From: Octopus bimaculoides
Taxonomy: Eukaryota
DNA length: 64,000 nt
Reading direction: 5' to 3'
Assembly (NCBI RefSeq): GCF_001194135.2
Contig: NC_068988.1
Coordinates: forward strand, 21,079,432-21,143,431
Part shown: piece after piece, positions 62,375 through 64,000 of the stretch
Layout: each line of letters opens with the position of its first letter
Position numbering within the stretch: position 1 is the first letter of the stretch
Program-made: the position numbers and the translations under genes
The notes under the pieces: model-generated
What the model was told of the DNA's origin: nothing
Databases searched by the model: none
The model's input: the letters and a program-made list of their open reading frames with translations, nothing else

Positions 62375-62558
62375 TATTTCTTTACTGCCCACAAGGGGCT
62401 ACACACAGAGGGGACAAACAAGGACAGACAAACGGATTAAGTCGATTGTATTGACCCCAGTGCGTAACTGGTACTTAATTTATCGACCCCGAAAGGATGA
62501 AAGGCAAAGTCGACCTCGGCGGAATTTGAACTCAGAACGTAAAGACAGACGAAATACC
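62375..62558 (-). mobile_element. SINE family C, 5'-truncated, alternative tail
   Basis: 13-bp TSD ATATAGAATCACT (62362-62374, 62559-62571). Confidence 0.9.
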
Positions 62559-63189
62559 ATATAGAATCACTATTCTGTCCAATATTTCACTTTATATCTT
62601 AAATTGCCTGTAGGAAAGAAATTGATGTCTGTTTAGTAAAAACTATTGCTTGTAACGTTGTTTTCATAACATTTCTTTTAATTCTAACTGAATTCTGGGA
62701 GTGAAACATTACGTCTGTTGAATTCCACAATTTTAGAATATTTATTTTTCTCCATGTCTAATTAATTTCAAGTGATCTAATCAGTATATTGTGAAAATAT
62801 TCTTTTTTTTTTTTATCTGATGATAAGTTTATTATGACGTATAAAGTTATTGTTAAATATCTTTGCTGTTAAACATAAGTATCGAATCGTGCACACATGG
62901 TGATGACAAAATTTAACAAAAATCATATTTAGGACATTGTTATAAAAAATAGATTTGGTACCTCCATCATATAATCGGATGTACTATTTTACTATTGTTA
63001 CATTAACTGTTTTGTGTACAAACTGATTATTTGTTGAAACTTATATCGATCATTTTGAGAAAACCATCATTGCTCTCATGTGGAGGCAAATATTCGGTAA
63101 ATAATTTAATTACATATTTTAAACGAGTTTTACATGAATTGCTTATCTAAAGTTTTCTGTTTTTTCGTTTTTCCACTTCAGGATCTGAT

Positions 63190-63261
63190 ATGAGTAGTTC
63201 AGAGGAAGTCTCTTGGATTTCCTGGTTTTGTGGATTGCGAGGAAATGAGTTCTTTTGCGAA
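63190..63261 (+). CDS. CSNK2B: CSNK2B (casein kinase II beta), first coding exon; the gene continues beyond the window
   Basis: [24 protein letters not shown], identical to the recalled human N-terminus; acceptor cttcag ending 63181; donor GTGAGT. Confidence 0.97.
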
Positions 63262-63702
63262 GTGAGTAGAGCTGATTCTATTGTCATTCTTTGTTAATTT
63301 GTTTAACAGTAATATTTAAAAAAAATATATGCCTCTCTGTAGGTGCTCGTTAGTAATTCTTTTAAATCACCCATTTTACAACATGACTTACTGCTTGTTC
63401 AGGGTTGGCCCTGGTGCCAAACGAGATAGAAAAAATTTTACACATATGCAAGACGAGAGATTCCTATGATGAAATAATTCCTAATAAGAGGAATTTTTCA
63501 TTTGTATCGTACTTTCCATGTATAACACACAGGCATAAACTTTGAGCAATGAAATCTTGTCTTGGTGAGGAGTTTTGATATAATAATAGCAGATATAATT
63601 GTTGGTTGATTTCTCCAGCCATGCTTTACACCTTATAGAGAAAGCGGCAGTGCAGGATGAGTGCACATTGGTTTGGTGGCAGGCAATGAGTAAAGGAACG
63701 AT

Positions 63703-63900
63703 CATCTATATTCTTTTACTTGTTTCAGTCATTTGACTGTGGCCATGCTGGAGCACCGCCTTTAGTCGAGCAAATCGACTCCAGGACTTATTCTTTGTAA
63801 GCCTAGTACTTATTCTATCGGTCGCTTTTGCCGAACCGCTAAGTAACGGGGACCTAAACACACCAGCATCGGTTGTCAAGCGATGTTGGACACACACACA
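63703..63900 (-). mobile_element. SINE family B 3' half
   Basis: Reverse complement of the B tail. Confidence 0.85.
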
Positions 63901-64000
63901 CACACACACACACCCAATGACTGGTGTAGCAGCATCATAGTCAACTGCTACAAAGGTAAAGGTGACGCTTTAGATACAAATAATTACAGAGGCATCAAGC

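Overview
AT-rich, intron- and repeat-dense animal genomic DNA. The repeat landscape and microsatellite load suggest an octopus/coleoid cephalopod (inference, not verified). Three conserved genes were reconstructed by hand from splice sites and protein similarity. (1) LRSAM1, an LRR - coiled-coil - SAM - PTAP - RING E3 ligase: + strand, 23 coding exons, 8914..45600, 774 aa, or 727 aa from a second ATG matching the vertebrate start. (2) POLE3/CHRAC17, a histone-fold protein: - strand, 55261 down to 48040 or to a candidate distal exon at 46666, convergent with LRSAM1. (3) The first coding exon of CSNK2B (CK2 beta): + strand, 63190..63261, divergent from POLE3 across a CpG-rich region with E2F-, ETS-, NRF1- and YY1-like motifs. 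Introns contain several tRNA-derived SINE families (some with clean 12-14 bp TSDs), RTE-type LINE fragments, hAT and Tc1/mariner MITEs, a decayed hAT transposase, a 154-bp solo-LTR-like insert, a foldback element with a telomere-like core and a decayed initiator tRNA-Met. No wholly new system is demonstrable from sequence alone. Best leads: a predicted N-myristoylated 47-aa extension on LRSAM1; linkage of genes whose human orthologues lie in MHC-paralogon regions; abutting LRSAM1/POLE3 3' ends with an alternative POLE3 last exon; and an RTE LINE whose long 3' UTR is built from variable numbers of double-hairpin units. Repeat boundaries without TSDs are approximate.
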